A stretch of DNA of 64,000 bases from an uncultured Gammaproteobacteria bacterium (GTDB lineage Bacteria; Pseudomonadota; Gammaproteobacteria; JACCXJ01). A model generated the notes under the pieces. The model saw nothing but the letters and a program-made list of their open reading frames with translations. It did not search any database and was not told the DNA's origin. The stretch lies in assembly GCA_963764725.1 (NCBI GenBank), contig CAVXTM010000018.1, positions 192,001 through 256,000 on the forward strand, read 5' to 3'. The translations under genes and the position numbers were made by a program. Positions 30,803 through 41,077 of this stretch are shown here, in pieces. Each line of letters starts with the position of its first letter. Position 1 is the first letter of the stretch.

Positions 30803-33073
30803 TCATAGATCGCTGTATTTCGATCGGAGCCGCTGGCGCACCAATTCCGCAACCGTGTTGGAGACAAAGGTCACGGCAAACAGCGCCAGCGCGGCCAAAA
30901 ATAATACGCGGTAATGCGTGCTGTTCACTTCGGATTCCGGCATCTCGACGGCGATGTTGGCGGACATGGCCCGGAAGCCCTGAAAGAGATTGAAGTCCAT
31001 GATCGGCGTATTTCCGGTCGCCATAAGCACGATCATGGTCTCGCCGACCACCCGCCCCATCCCGATCATCAAGGCGGAGAAAATTCCGGGACTGGCCATG
31101 AGCAACACCACCCGCATCAGCGTTTGCCAGGGCGTCGCGCCGAGAGCGAGCGATCCCAAAGTGAGATGCCGCGGAACGCTAAAAATAGCATCTTCGCTGA
31201 TGGAGAAGATCGGCGGGATCACGGCCACTCCCATCGCGATTCCGACCACGAGCGAATTGCGCTGGTCAAAGGCCAACCCCAGCTCACGGCCCAGCCACTC
31301 ACGCATATTGCCGTCGAACAAAAGCCCTTCCAGGGGTTCGCTCAGTCCCATCGACAGCATAATCGACAAGGCGATGACTGGCATGAGCATGGCCGCCTCC
31401 CAGCCCTCGGGAATCGCTTGGCGCCAACGCGCGGGGAGTTGTGTCCACAGCCACGCGGATAAGATCATCGCGAGCGGCGTCATCAGTAGCGCGGCAAAGA
31501 CGCCGGGAAGATTCTGCTCCACCAGCGGCGCTAACCAAAGGCCGGCCAGAAAGCCCAGGACCACGGTGGGGAGTGCGCCCATGATCTCGACGGTCGGTTT
31601 GACCATCTCGCGCATGGCCGGGGCCATGAAGTAGCCCGTATACACCGCCCCCATCACCGCGATCGGGATCGCGAACAGCATCGCGTAGAACGACGCCTTG
31701 AGAGTCCCGTAGGCCAGCGGCGTGAGGCTGAATTTGGGCTCGAAATCGCCGGCCGCCGAGGATGACTGCCAAATAAACTCCGGTCGCTGTCGGCTCTCAT
31801 ACCACACCTTCCCCCACAACGAGCTCCAGGATACCTCGGGGTGCTCGTTGTGAACGGTATATAAGCGCAAAACCTGCGCGTGGTCGAGCGTCATCAGAGC
31901 GTCGGCCCGCGGTGATATCGCCACATGGCTCAGCGGTTGGCCGGAGGGGTCGGTCACCAACAGCGTCCGGTGCGCGGTCGTATGGTAGAGACCGATGCTC
32001 CCGCTCTCATCGGCCGCTACGAATCCCTTTCTAAAGTATTCGGGAACAATGGCGGTGATGGGGTGCACCTGGCTTTGAAAGTCTCGCACGTGAGCGAGTG
32101 AATACCGGTTGTCTTGAGCGCGCAGCGGAAACCATTGCGTGATGCGTCCGCGCGAATCGCCGGTTAACAGCGAGATCCCGCCGCTTAAATACGCCAGTGC
32201 CGTGATGCGCGCGCCATTGGAGACCGCGTTTACCCGATCGATCAGGTGTGGAGTGTTCGTAATGTCATAGTAGAGCAGGAATCCCTCCGCGCTCGCCAAC
32301 ACCAGATCACGTTGTTTGACGCTTAACGCAAGGTGGGCCACCCCGCCTTCGGTGGCGGGAATGATCGCCGCCTTGCGCTCGACAGCCGTCGTCTCACCAA
32401 GCAAGGAACGCGAGGTCTTGAAGCTCACGAGGATTTCTTGCCCCCCCTCAGTCACTGCGGCGAAGGTGGTCTGATCCCCATGCGACTGCACCGCGAGGCG
32501 GGTGAGGGCCTGGCTTCCCTCGGAGATCTTGAGCGGTGCCGGGCCGAGCGGATAGTGCACACGCGGGGTGATTTGCCGCTTATCCCCGGGGTAGGTATTT
32601 AAGTACTGGGCTTGGAACAGCAAAGCACGGCCGTCCGAAAGGCCCACGGCGACGGCCCCTTGACTCGGCTCCCCGGCCGCGACGGCGGTGATCTTAGCGC
32701 CTACGGGGATAGGCAGCCGCTTAGAGTCGAGCACGCGGCCGTCACCGGTCGCGAAAAAGATCACTTCCCCGCGCGCTGTAAGGCGCAACCCGATTTCCGC
32801 GTATTCCTCGGTCCCAAGATACAAGGTCTCGGCATCGGCGCCTCCGGGAACGCCGTACTCGGCCCGCGCTTCGAGCGCGGCCGGACGGAACATCGGCAAC
32901 ACGACGGAGAGCAGATAAACAAAGATCAACAGGACGGCGACGATGACGCAGATCCCCCCGAGCGCCATGACGTGCCGCAGCCAACGGTCCTTGACGAACC
33001 GCCAATTGCGTAGCCGCGATGCCGCGCCGGCACCCTTGATCGCCTCTAGGTTATTCAGGCTGGCCTCGTTCAC
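30803..33073 (-). CDS. pstC: Phosphate ABC transporter permease PstC (long form with periplasmic domain)
   Basis: WQSSS..FEPKFSL, GTLKA, ALPTVVLG and GETMIVLMATGN motifs. Confidence 0.93.
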   Translation of the reverse strand: MNEASLNNLEAIKGAGAASRLRNWRFVKDRWLRHVMALGGICVIVAVLLIFVYLLSVVLPMFRPAALEARAEYGVPGGADAETLYLGTEEYAEIGLRLTARGEVIFFATGDGRVLDSKRLPIPVGAKITAVAAGEPSQGAVAVGLSDGRALLFQAQYLNTYPGDKRQITPRVHYPLGPAPLKISEGSQALTRLAVQSHGDQTTFAAVTEGGQEILVSFKTSRSLLGETTAVERKAAIIPATEGGVAHLALSVKQRDLVLASAEGFLLYYDITNTPHLIDRVNAVSNGARITALAYLSGGISLLTGDSRGRITQWFPLRAQDNRYSLAHVRDFQSQVHPITAIVPEYFRKGFVAADESGSIGLYHTTAHRTLLVTDPSGQPLSHVAISPRADALMTLDHAQVLRLYTVHNEHPEVSWSSLWGKVWYESRQRPEFIWQSSSAAGDFEPKFSLTPLAYGTLKASFYAMLFAIPIAVMGAVYTGYFMAPAMREMVKPTVEIMGALPTVVLGFLAGLWLAPLVEQNLPGVFAALLMTPLAMILSAWLWTQLPARWRQAIPEGWEAAMLMPVIALSIMLSMGLSEPLEGLLFDGNMREWLGRELGLAFDQRNSLVVGIAMGVAVIPPIFSISEDAIFSVPRHLTLGSLALGATPWQTLMRVVLLMASPGIFSALMIGMGRVVGETMIVLMATGNTPIMDFNLFQGFRAMSANIAVEMPESEVNSTHYRVLFLAALALFAVTFVSNTVAELVRQRLRSKYSDL

Positions 33074-33124
33074 GCGGCGTCTCTTAGGATTTATTGATAG
33101 TTTACGCCGATACCCGGTAGGTAC

Positions 33125-33153
33125 AAAAAAGCGGCCTCGCCGAGGCGAGGCCG
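33125..33153 (-). terminator. Intrinsic terminator after pstS
   Basis: CGGCCTCGC-loop-GCGAGGCCG followed by T6 on the minus strand. Confidence 0.75.
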
Positions 33154-33199
33154 AGGTCTCCTACCTGAGAAGGTCTCTTGGTAGCAGCCTTTACAGCGA

Positions 33200-34198
33200 T
33201 TATTCAGCGCTTGCCTGCGCCGACTCTGACACCAGAGCCAGTTGCTTTTCGGCGATCGCGGCCGGAAGCGGTATGTAACCATCCTTAATCACCACGCCCT
33301 GGCCAATTTTGGCCAGCACCATCTTGAAGAATTCACCCTCGAGCGGCGGTAACGGTTTATTGGGGTGCTTATTCACGTACACGAACAAGAACCGCGAGAG
33401 CGGATACTTGCCGCTCACGGCGTTTTCCGAGGTGGCCGGCACGAGCTCGCCGCCATCCGTTTTGGCCAACGGTACCGACTTCACGCCCGAGGTCTTGTAG
33501 CCGATGCCCGAGTAGCCGATACCGTTCAGCGACTTGGTAACGCCCTGGACTACCGAGGCCGAGCCGGGTTGCTCGTTGACGGTGTCCTTGTAGTCGCCCT
33601 GGCACAATGCGTTCTCCTTGAAGTATCCGTAGGTCCCGGACACGGAATTGCGTCCGTACAGCTGTATGGGCCGCGCGGCCCACTCACCGGTTAATCCGAG
33701 CTGGCCCCAATTCACCACATCCTCGTCGTAACCGCACTTGCGCGTCGCCGAGAAAATAGCGTCGAGCTGCGGTATCGAAAGACCCTGGATAGGGTTGTCT
33801 TTATTCACGTACACGGCGAGGGCGTCGATCGCTACTGCCACCCCCGTGGGTTTATAGCCGTATTTTCCCTCGAAGGCCTCGATCTCCACGTCTTTCATCG
33901 CCCGGCTCATCGGTCCGAGGTTCGCGGTCCCTTCCGTCAGCGCGGGCGGCGCGGTCGAAGAACCCATGCCTTGGATTTGAATGTTGACATTGGGATAGAA
34001 CCGCTTGAACTCCTCCGCCCAGAGGGTCATAAGGTTATTGAGCGTGTCCGACCCGACGCTAGACAGGTTGCCGGAAACGCCGCTGGCCTTCGTATATTCC
34101 TTGAGGTTCGGATCGACCGTATCGACGGCGCGCGCGATCGGTCCGGCGGTAAGGCCCGCCATTAAGGCCACGCTCACGGTGGCTTGACGCAGTTTCAT
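33200..34198 (-). CDS. pstS: Phosphate-binding protein PstS
   Basis: Signal peptide; [19 protein letters not shown] and YPLSR motifs. Confidence 0.95.
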   Translation of the reverse strand: MKLRQATVSVALMAGLTAGPIARAVDTVDPNLKEYTKASGVSGNLSSVGSDTLNNLMTLWAEEFKRFYPNVNIQIQGMGSSTAPPALTEGTANLGPMSRAMKDVEIEAFEGKYGYKPTGVAVAIDALAVYVNKDNPIQGLSIPQLDAIFSATRKCGYDEDVVNWGQLGLTGEWAARPIQLYGRNSVSGTYGYFKENALCQGDYKDTVNEQPGSASVVQGVTKSLNGIGYSGIGYKTSGVKSVPLAKTDGGELVPATSENAVSGKYPLSRFLFVYVNKHPNKPLPPLEGEFFKMVLAKIGQGVVIKDGYIPLPAAIAEKQLALVSESAQASAE

Positions 34199-34434
34199 AA
34201 GCTTGGCTCCATAGTCTCAAAACGAAATGTTAGTATGGGAGGGTTCTATTACCGTTTGGTTACAGGTTGATGTCGGGCCTGCTCAGAGCCTTGGGGTTCT
34301 TAGCCAGTATTTTGAGAGCGCACTCGCCTAGGTTAACATCAGCGGGATTGGGGCGGGAATGTAAACGGATTGCAACTTGAGTCAGCACCCTCTTGCCCCA
34401 GCCCCGGCAATCGCCGATCCCATGCACTAAAAAT

Positions 34435-36540
34435 ATGCTAAATCAAGATGCCGCTTTAAGCGCCGCCCCGGTCACGACCATCGATGCCAAACACCCGGAT
34501 TTCTACATCAACCGTGAGCTGAGCTTCATCGAGTTCAACCGCCGCGTCCTCGATCAAGCCCGCGATGACAGCATACCGCTTCTGGAACGGCTAAAATTCC
34601 TGTGCATCGTCAGCAGCAATCTCGACGAGTTCTTCGAAATCCGCGTCGCCGGGCTCAAGCAACAAGTGGCTTACGGCGCCGCCCAAACCGGGCCGGATAA
34701 CCTGAGCCCCCAGGAACAACTCAAACGCATCGCCGAGATCACCCGCGCGCTCATCAAGGATCAGTATGCGGTCCTGAACGATTTCCTGTTTCCGCAGCTG
34801 GCGGCGAGCGGTATCCGCTTTCTGAAGCGCTCCGATTGGAGCGCCCGCCAAGAAGGCTGGGTCAAACGCTTCTTCAATCGCGAATTGCTTCCCGTATTGA
34901 GCCCGATCGGTCTCGATCCGGCCCATCCGTTCCCGCGCATCCTCAATAAAAGCCTCAATTTTATCGTTTCCCTCGAAGGCAAGGATGCTTTCGGCCGCAA
35001 CAGCGGCATCGCCATCGTGCAGGCCCCGCGCTCGTTGCCACGCCTGGTCGCGATCCCGGAAAGCCATTCGGAGGGACCGTATGATTTCATTTTTTTGTCG
35101 TCCATCATCCACGCCCACGTGGGCGATCTGTTTCCTGGGATGCGCGCTACGGGATGTTATCAATTCCGCGTGACCCGCAATAGCGATCTCCTGGTGGACG
35201 ACGACGACGTGGACGACTTGCTGCGGGCGCTCGAAGGCGAGCTTCCTTCACGGCGATTCTCCGACGCCGTACGCCTGGAGGTGGCCGATGATTGTCCCGC
35301 CGACATGACTCATTTCCTCACCGATCAATTCAACCTGGGCGCGGACGATGTTTACCAGTGCAACGGTCCGGTCAATCTCATGCGGCTACTCGCCATCGAC
35401 GAGCTGATCAACCGGCCCGAGTTGAAGTATCCGGGCTTTGTGCCGAGTCAACCGGCGCGGCTCGCGCGCAATACGGACATTTTCGACGTGATCCGCAGAG
35501 GTGACGTGCTGCTCCACCATCCTTTCGAGTCGTTCGCGCCCGTCCTCGATTTCGTCCGTGCCGCGGCCAGTGATGCCAACGTGCTAACCATCAAACAAAC
35601 CCTGTACCGCACTGGCGCCGACTCCGCAATTGTCAAGGCACTGGTCGATGCGGCGCGAGTCGGCAAGGAAGTCACGGTTGTCATCGAGTTGCGGGCGCGT
35701 TTCGACGAGGCGGCCAATATCGAGCTTGCGAACGATCTGCAAGAGGCTGGGGCGCACGTCGTCTATGGGGTCGTCGGGCACAAGACGCATGCGAAGATGA
35801 CCTTGGTCGTACGCCGCGAAGGGCGGCAGTTACGGCGCTACGTACACCTTGGGACCGGTAACTACCATGCGCGGACGGCGCGTCTTTACACCGACTATGG
35901 TTTGCTGACCTGTGATACCGACATCGCCGAGGATGTGCACAAGATTTTTCACCAATTGACCGCGCTCGGCCGCCCGGGCAAGCTCAAACGCTTGCTGCAA
36001 TCGCCCTTCACCCTACACAAGACCATGCTCGAATGCATCGAGCGTGAGGCGCGCAACGCGCGCGAGGGCCGGCCGGCGCGCATCATCGCGAAGATGAACG
36101 CCCTGTCCGACGAACAGTGCATCCGCGCGCTTTATCACGCTTCGCAGTCCGGCGTTAAGATTGATCTAATCGTGCGCGGCATCTGCTGCCTGCGGCCAGG
36201 AATCAAGGGGGTCTCGGAAAATATCCAAGTGCGCTCCATCGTCGGCCGCTTCCTGGAACACAGCCGGGTGTTTTACTTCTTCAACGACGGCGAGGAACAG
36301 GTTCACCTCTCGAGCGGCGATTGGATGGCACGTAATTTCTATAGGCGCATCGAGACCTGTTTCCCGATCGACGACAAGCGGCTCAAACAGCGCGTGATCC
36401 AAGAGAGCTTGACGGCTTATCTCGCGGACAATAGCCAGGCGTGGGTATTGCAAAACGATGGGAGCTACAAGCGTTGCGCGCCGGGTGCGCATAAGCCGCG
36501 GGCGGCGCAACAGAGCTTACTCGAGACGTTGTCCGAGTAA
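34435..36540 (+). CDS. ppk1: Polyphosphate kinase 1
   Basis: NRELSFIEFN.RVL, HHPFESF, ELRARFDE, KTHAK and GRFLEHSR motifs. Confidence 0.97.
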   Translation: MLNQDAALSAAPVTTIDAKHPDFYINRELSFIEFNRRVLDQARDDSIPLLERLKFLCIVSSNLDEFFEIRVAGLKQQVAYGAAQTGPDNLSPQEQLKRIAEITRALIKDQYAVLNDFLFPQLAASGIRFLKRSDWSARQEGWVKRFFNRELLPVLSPIGLDPAHPFPRILNKSLNFIVSLEGKDAFGRNSGIAIVQAPRSLPRLVAIPESHSEGPYDFIFLSSIIHAHVGDLFPGMRATGCYQFRVTRNSDLLVDDDDVDDLLRALEGELPSRRFSDAVRLEVADDCPADMTHFLTDQFNLGADDVYQCNGPVNLMRLLAIDELINRPELKYPGFVPSQPARLARNTDIFDVIRRGDVLLHHPFESFAPVLDFVRAAASDANVLTIKQTLYRTGADSAIVKALVDAARVGKEVTVVIELRARFDEAANIELANDLQEAGAHVVYGVVGHKTHAKMTLVVRREGRQLRRYVHLGTGNYHARTARLYTDYGLLTCDTDIAEDVHKIFHQLTALGRPGKLKRLLQSPFTLHKTMLECIEREARNAREGRPARIIAKMNALSDEQCIRALYHASQSGVKIDLIVRGICCLRPGIKGVSENIQVRSIVGRFLEHSRVFYFFNDGEEQVHLSSGDWMARNFYRRIETCFPIDDKRLKQRVIQESLTAYLADNSQAWVLQNDGSYKRCAPGAHKPRAAQQSLLETLSE

Positions 36541-36565
36541 GGCTAGCCGGTGACGCGCTGACATA

Positions 36566-37201
36566 ATGGATGAGTTAAGTTTCGGCGCCGAAATGGCCTA
36601 CGGTCATTGGCGTACGGTGGCCTTTAGCGCGCTCGCTTGGACGCTCGCCATCTATTACTTCATCCGGCCTCGGGCTTTCCAGGAGATTTGGCGCTTCGCT
36701 CTATTATGCGTGTTCCTGATCGACGAGTTCGTTGAGCTTTACGGCTACCCGCTGACGCTCTATATCTTTCTAGACAACCTGGTTCAACATCCATCTGCCG
36801 ACATGCTCGCGCATCAAGCGGGGGACTTGTGGCGGATCCTGTTCAACGTAGGAACGCGCTACGAGGCCTTCGACTTCTTCCATCTGATCGCGGGCGTTTT
36901 TATTTTCGGCGGGCTCATCGCGTTGTTTTATGCCTTCACGGTGCTCAGGGCATCTCTGGAAAGCGGCTCTCCGGCGACGACCGGACCCTATCGCTGGGTC
37001 CGGCATCCTCAGTATCTCGCGCTGTTCTCGATCCTGCTGGGATACGTGATTCAGGGTCCAACCTTGATCACTCTGTTGCTGTTCCCAACCCTTATATACA
37101 GTTATGTGAGCTTAGCGAGGAAAGAGGAACAAACCGTCCTCAAAACCTTCGGTCACGCTTACCGCATTTACCTGGAGCATACGCCGGGATTCCTGCGCTG
37201 A
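36566..37201 (+). CDS. ICMT/PEMT-family membrane methyltransferase
   Basis: TGPYRWVRHPQY and EE..L..FG.AY..Y motifs. Confidence 0.85.
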   Translation: MDELSFGAEMAYGHWRTVAFSALAWTLAIYYFIRPRAFQEIWRFALLCVFLIDEFVELYGYPLTLYIFLDNLVQHPSADMLAHQAGDLWRILFNVGTRYEAFDFFHLIAGVFIFGGLIALFYAFTVLRASLESGSPATTGPYRWVRHPQYLALFSILLGYVIQGPTLITLLLFPTLIYSYVSLARKEEQTVLKTFGHAYRIYLEHTPGFLR

Positions 37202-37217
37202 GAGGTTATCACGCTTT

Positions 37218-38228
37218 CTAAACAAGGAATCGGTGATCCCGCCATTCCGCCACACCCTGGGCCACCGGGGTCAACAACCGGTCGCGCAAACCCTTCTTGC
37301 GTTGATAGGTAAGCTCGTACAGATCCGCCTGATTGGCTGCTTCCTGCAGGTAATCGTCGCTGGTGCGTATGGCGTCCACCAGTTTCAACGCCAGCGCCTG
37401 GACTCCATACCAATGTTCGCCGGTGGAAACCTTATCGATATCTACCGTGCCGCGATGATCCCGGACGAAGGCCTTGAACAAGGCATGGGTCTCCTCGATA
37501 TCGTCCCGGAACTTGGCGCGGCCTTTATCGGTATTTTCACCGAACATGGTCAGGGTACGCTTAAATTCTCCCGCCGTGATAAGCTCAAATTCGATATCGT
37601 GGTTCTTAAGCATGCGGTTGAAGTTCGGAAGTTGGCCAACAACGCCGATGGAACCGACGACGGCGAATGGCGCCGCGATGATCTGATCAGCCACGCAAGC
37701 CATCATATAACCGCCGCTGGCCGCGACCTTGTCGACGCACACCGTTAGCGGGACGCCTCGGTCTTTGATTCGTTGGAGCTGGGACGCCGCAAGCCCATAG
37801 CTATGCACCAACCCCCCGGGGCTTTCCAACAGTATCACGACCTCGTCGCGTTCCGTCGCCAACATGAGCGCCGCCGTGATTTCCTCGCGCAAGGCCGATA
37901 CCGCTAGGGCGCGCGGATCGCCGTGAAAACGCAACACAAATACGCGCTTCTTGAACGCGTGTTGGGCCGGTAGTTTTTGCCCCTGCTTCTTTTTGGCCTT
38001 GAATTCCTTGAGCGCCTGTTTAAAAGCGCGCCGTGGTAATATGACCGACTTTAAGGTCAGAGCCATGGTTTCGTATCGGTCATTAAGGTACTTGACCTCC
38101 AGGCGTTCCTCGTGACTCGCTCGACTGCGTTGAATTATGAACACAATGAAAAGAGACACGCCAATCAGAAGAACGAGGAGCGTGATCAGTTTGGCGGAGA
38201 AGAGCCCGTATTCAGACAAAAAATCCAT
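37218..38228 (-). CDS. sohB: S49 protease SohB
   Basis: YGLFSAK, LESPGG.VH.YGLAASQL, VDKVAASGGY and TAGEFKRT motifs. Confidence 0.95.
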   Translation of the reverse strand: MDFLSEYGLFSAKLITLLVLLIGVSLFIVFIIQRSRASHEERLEVKYLNDRYETMALTLKSVILPRRAFKQALKEFKAKKKQGQKLPAQHAFKKRVFVLRFHGDPRALAVSALREEITAALMLATERDEVVILLESPGGLVHSYGLAASQLQRIKDRGVPLTVCVDKVAASGGYMMACVADQIIAAPFAVVGSIGVVGQLPNFNRMLKNHDIEFELITAGEFKRTLTMFGENTDKGRAKFRDDIEETHALFKAFVRDHRGTVDIDKVSTGEHWYGVQALALKLVDAIRTSDDYLQEAANQADLYELTYQRKKGLRDRLLTPVAQGVAEWRDHRFLV

Positions 38229-38435
38229 GGAGTGCTCCTGAATGTTGAGGTTTTGGCCGGCTAGCCTACGCAGTATCCCTGTGGTACACGCTCGCTCCGA
38301 AATGCTTGACGTCGCCGAGGGAGCACCGCGGAACACCCGCGAAAGAGGATCATAGCAAATGTCTGTCGGCTCGCCATTTGAAACTTATTCCCGGCGGCCG
38401 TAGCACAAGGGCTCGTACCCCGTGGCCCAGGACTT

Positions 38436-39359
38436 GTGACTTCAAAGCATCTTTCGGTTCCATTTCTGCTTCTTATCTTGGTGGTCCGGCCGCCTGACGC
38501 AGTCTCGGAACCGCCCCCTTACGGCACCGAAGCCGTGGCCCGGCGCATCGATATCGGCGGCCGTTATCTTAATATCGCCTGTCTGGGGCACGGTCGGCCG
38601 ACAGTCATCCTGGATCATGGGCTCGGCGGCTCGTCACGGGACTGGCGACACGTTCAACGCGGGCTCGCCTCGACAACGCGCGTATGCAGTTACGACCGCG
38701 CGGGATACGGCCACAGCGACCTGGGCCCCGGACCCCGCACGAGCAGTCGGATCGCATCCGAGCTACGCACCTTGTTGGACCGCGCCGAAATTCCCGCGCC
38801 TTACATATTGGCTGGCCATTCGTTCGGCGGGTACAACATGCGCGCATTCGCGAATCTCTTTCCGGATGAAACGGCAGGGCTGGTGCTCGTCGATTCACCG
38901 CATGAGGAGCAAGCGGATAGGTTCTTTCAAATCGAAGCGATGCGCCGCTTGGATCCTTACGGTTCGCTCCAATATCTCTGGGACTCCGAGATTCTCGGTT
39001 CCTTGTCGGCTATTGACCTGAAGCCATTCGCGAGGCTCCTCAACGCTGGTTCGGCTTCAATGCAAGCGATATTCAGCGAGATCACCGGATTCGCGGAAAG
39101 CAGCCGCGAGCTTCGCTCGTATTCCAGCCCCGACAAGATACCCGTCGTGGTCATAGCCCACGGCCGGCGGGTGCTAGCGGGCGGGGCGCTAAGCGATCAA
39201 CTGGAAGATCAGTGGCTTTCTCTGCAAAAGGATCTCGCATCCCGTTTCAAACACCATCGCTTCATCGTTGCGGAGCACAGCGGTCATACTATTCCTTTGG
39301 AGCAGCCCGACCTGGTCATCGATGCGATTAAACGCTTGATCCTTGATCACCGCCGGTAG
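38436..39359 (+). CDS. Secreted alpha/beta hydrolase
   Basis: YDRAGYG.S, GHSFGG and SGH.I..EQP motifs. Confidence 0.9.
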   Translation: MTSKHLSVPFLLLILVVRPPDAVSEPPPYGTEAVARRIDIGGRYLNIACLGHGRPTVILDHGLGGSSRDWRHVQRGLASTTRVCSYDRAGYGHSDLGPGPRTSSRIASELRTLLDRAEIPAPYILAGHSFGGYNMRAFANLFPDETAGLVLVDSPHEEQADRFFQIEAMRRLDPYGSLQYLWDSEILGSLSAIDLKPFARLLNAGSASMQAIFSEITGFAESSRELRSYSSPDKIPVVVIAHGRRVLAGGALSDQLEDQWLSLQKDLASRFKHHRFIVAEHSGHTIPLEQPDLVIDAIKRLILDHRR

Positions 39360-39417
39360 ACGCCTCGCTACCGCGGCTTTAGTCGCCTTAACCTTAACGC
39401 CTAGGCGTTGAACGTAC

Positions 39418-40299
39418 ATGCAAACCCAGTGCAAGCATCTGCCTGACGACACCGCCGAAAACGCCCGCGGTGAGCGCGCATCGCGGCGGGTTCTAACTCT
39501 AACCGCGGCGATGACTGTCGTCGAGGTCACCGCTGGCATGGCCTACGGATCCATGTCCCTGCTCGCCGACGGCTGGCACATGGCGACACATGCGGCCGCT
39601 CTCGGAATTACCGCGTTCGCATACGGATTCGCGCGCCGCCATGCTGCCGACCAGCGCTATACGTTCGGTACGGGAAAAATCGGCGTCCTCGCGGGTTTCG
39701 CGAGCGCTGTCGCCCTCTTGGTTGTTACAGCCGTGCTTGCTACGGAATGCATCTTGAGGTTAATCGAACCAACGCCGATTCGATTCACCGAAGCAATACT
39801 CGTGGCGGCGCTAGGCTTAGGGGTCAATCTCGTGTGCGCCCATTTTCTAAGCGATCCTCCGAGTCACGACCATAGTCTTCGCGCCGCTTACCTACATGTG
39901 CTGGCCGACGCGCTCACTTCGGTGCTCGCGATTGCCGCACTGCTAGCGGGAAAGATGTTCGGGTGGATCTGGATGGACCCCTTGATGGGGATTACGGCTG
40001 CCGCCTTGATCACGCGCTGGAGCGTTCAATTACTACGAGAGACATGCACGCTTCTTCTGGACATCGCGCCCGACCAAGAAATGCTCGCGGCCATCCGGCG
40101 CGCTATTGAATCCGACCACAGCACCCGTATCACGGACCTGCATGTCTGGAACATCAGCCCGCGCCAGTTGGTGGCCATGGTATCGATTGAAAGCCAGAAG
40201 GCTAAGCCTGCCGCTTATTACCGCAGTTTGTTATCCCGGTTTGGCGAGTTGTCCCACGTCACAATCGAAGTCAACAAACATCGCGACGATCAAGTCTGA
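39418..40299 (+). CDS. dmeF: CDF-family Co/Ni/Zn efflux transporter (DmeF-like)
   Basis: LLADGWHM.TH, AAYLHVLADALTS, DLHVW and SHVTIEV motifs. Confidence 0.85.
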   Translation: MQTQCKHLPDDTAENARGERASRRVLTLTAAMTVVEVTAGMAYGSMSLLADGWHMATHAAALGITAFAYGFARRHAADQRYTFGTGKIGVLAGFASAVALLVVTAVLATECILRLIEPTPIRFTEAILVAALGLGVNLVCAHFLSDPPSHDHSLRAAYLHVLADALTSVLAIAALLAGKMFGWIWMDPLMGITAAALITRWSVQLLRETCTLLLDIAPDQEMLAAIRRAIESDHSTRITDLHVWNISPRQLVAMVSIESQKAKPAAYYRSLLSRFGELSHVTIEVNKHRDDQV

Positions 40300-40347
40300 G
40301 TCGTCGCGCGCCGAGCTAGTCCCTGCGCCGCAGTGCGTAACCCGCTC

Positions 40348-40905
40348 CTATGCGGTCTGCGCTTTCCGGTGCCTCTGCCGTAATACAAAGAAGACCACCC
40401 CGCCAATCGCCGCGAGCCCGAGCACGGTATAGATCGCATTCGTTCCAACGCCCTTCGGCACCACCTGGATCGGTGCCTTGAGCACCAAGGGACGCGCATC
40501 GCTCATGGTTAGAACGGCTATATATTTCTTCTCGGGCTCGAAATTCGCCTCAAGATCAATCGTGCCCTGCGGGAATACTTTGGTCGGCAAGTGCGCGATG
40601 GTCTTGATCACGCCACCGATCTCCCCGGTTTCACCCATCTCGACGATCCTTAGCTCAGCGGGTTTTGAGCGCATCTCCGTTTCCACCAGGTCGAATACCA
40701 AAATCGTTTTCCCAGGCGACGGTAAATCCCAGCAATGCTCTTCACCTCCCGTCGCTTGCTGATAGGCGGTAAAGTGCATTGTGTACTTTCCCAAGCTAAC
40801 GACGCAGGTATCGAATTCTATCGCGGTGCCTCCGTGCGCGAAGGCCGGGTTCGCGGTAAGGGATCCAAGGCCCAGTAGCGCCCCAATCATGATCCTATTT
40901 AACAT
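40348..40905 (-). CDS. pmoD: PmoD/AmoD family copper protein
   Basis: Signal peptide then HGG, C-x9-H(FTAYQ), second Cys, C-terminal TM helix; lies directly after pmoB. Confidence 0.85.
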   Translation of the reverse strand: MLNRIMIGALLGLGSLTANPAFAHGGTAIEFDTCVVSLGKYTMHFTAYQQATGGEEHCWDLPSPGKTILVFDLVETEMRSKPAELRIVEMGETGEIGGVIKTIAHLPTKVFPQGTIDLEANFEPEKKYIAVLTMSDARPLVLKAPIQVVPKGVGTNAIYTVLGLAAIGGVVFFVLRQRHRKAQTA

Positions 40906-40971
40906 GTTACCTCCAGTCCTCGACTAAATATTTGCCGGATGAACTACTTACTTTACGTTCATTCGCACCCT

Positions 40972-41002
40972 AAAAAAAGCCGCCCCCATTGCTGGGGGCG
41001 GC
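40972..41002 (-). terminator. Intrinsic terminator between pmoB and pmoD
   Basis: GCCGCCCCCA-GCAA-TGGGGGCGGC followed by T7 on the minus strand. Confidence 0.85.
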
Positions 41003-41077
41003 GCACATCGATTTGCGGGTAAACTCGCCCCTTATAATTATTTTCGGGGCAACCGCTTCGTCACCTTAACTGGACGA

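Noticed and set aside
34200-34430. Pho box between pstS and ppk1
   Set aside because: Only a weak 11-bp-spaced resemblance; not supportable by eye.
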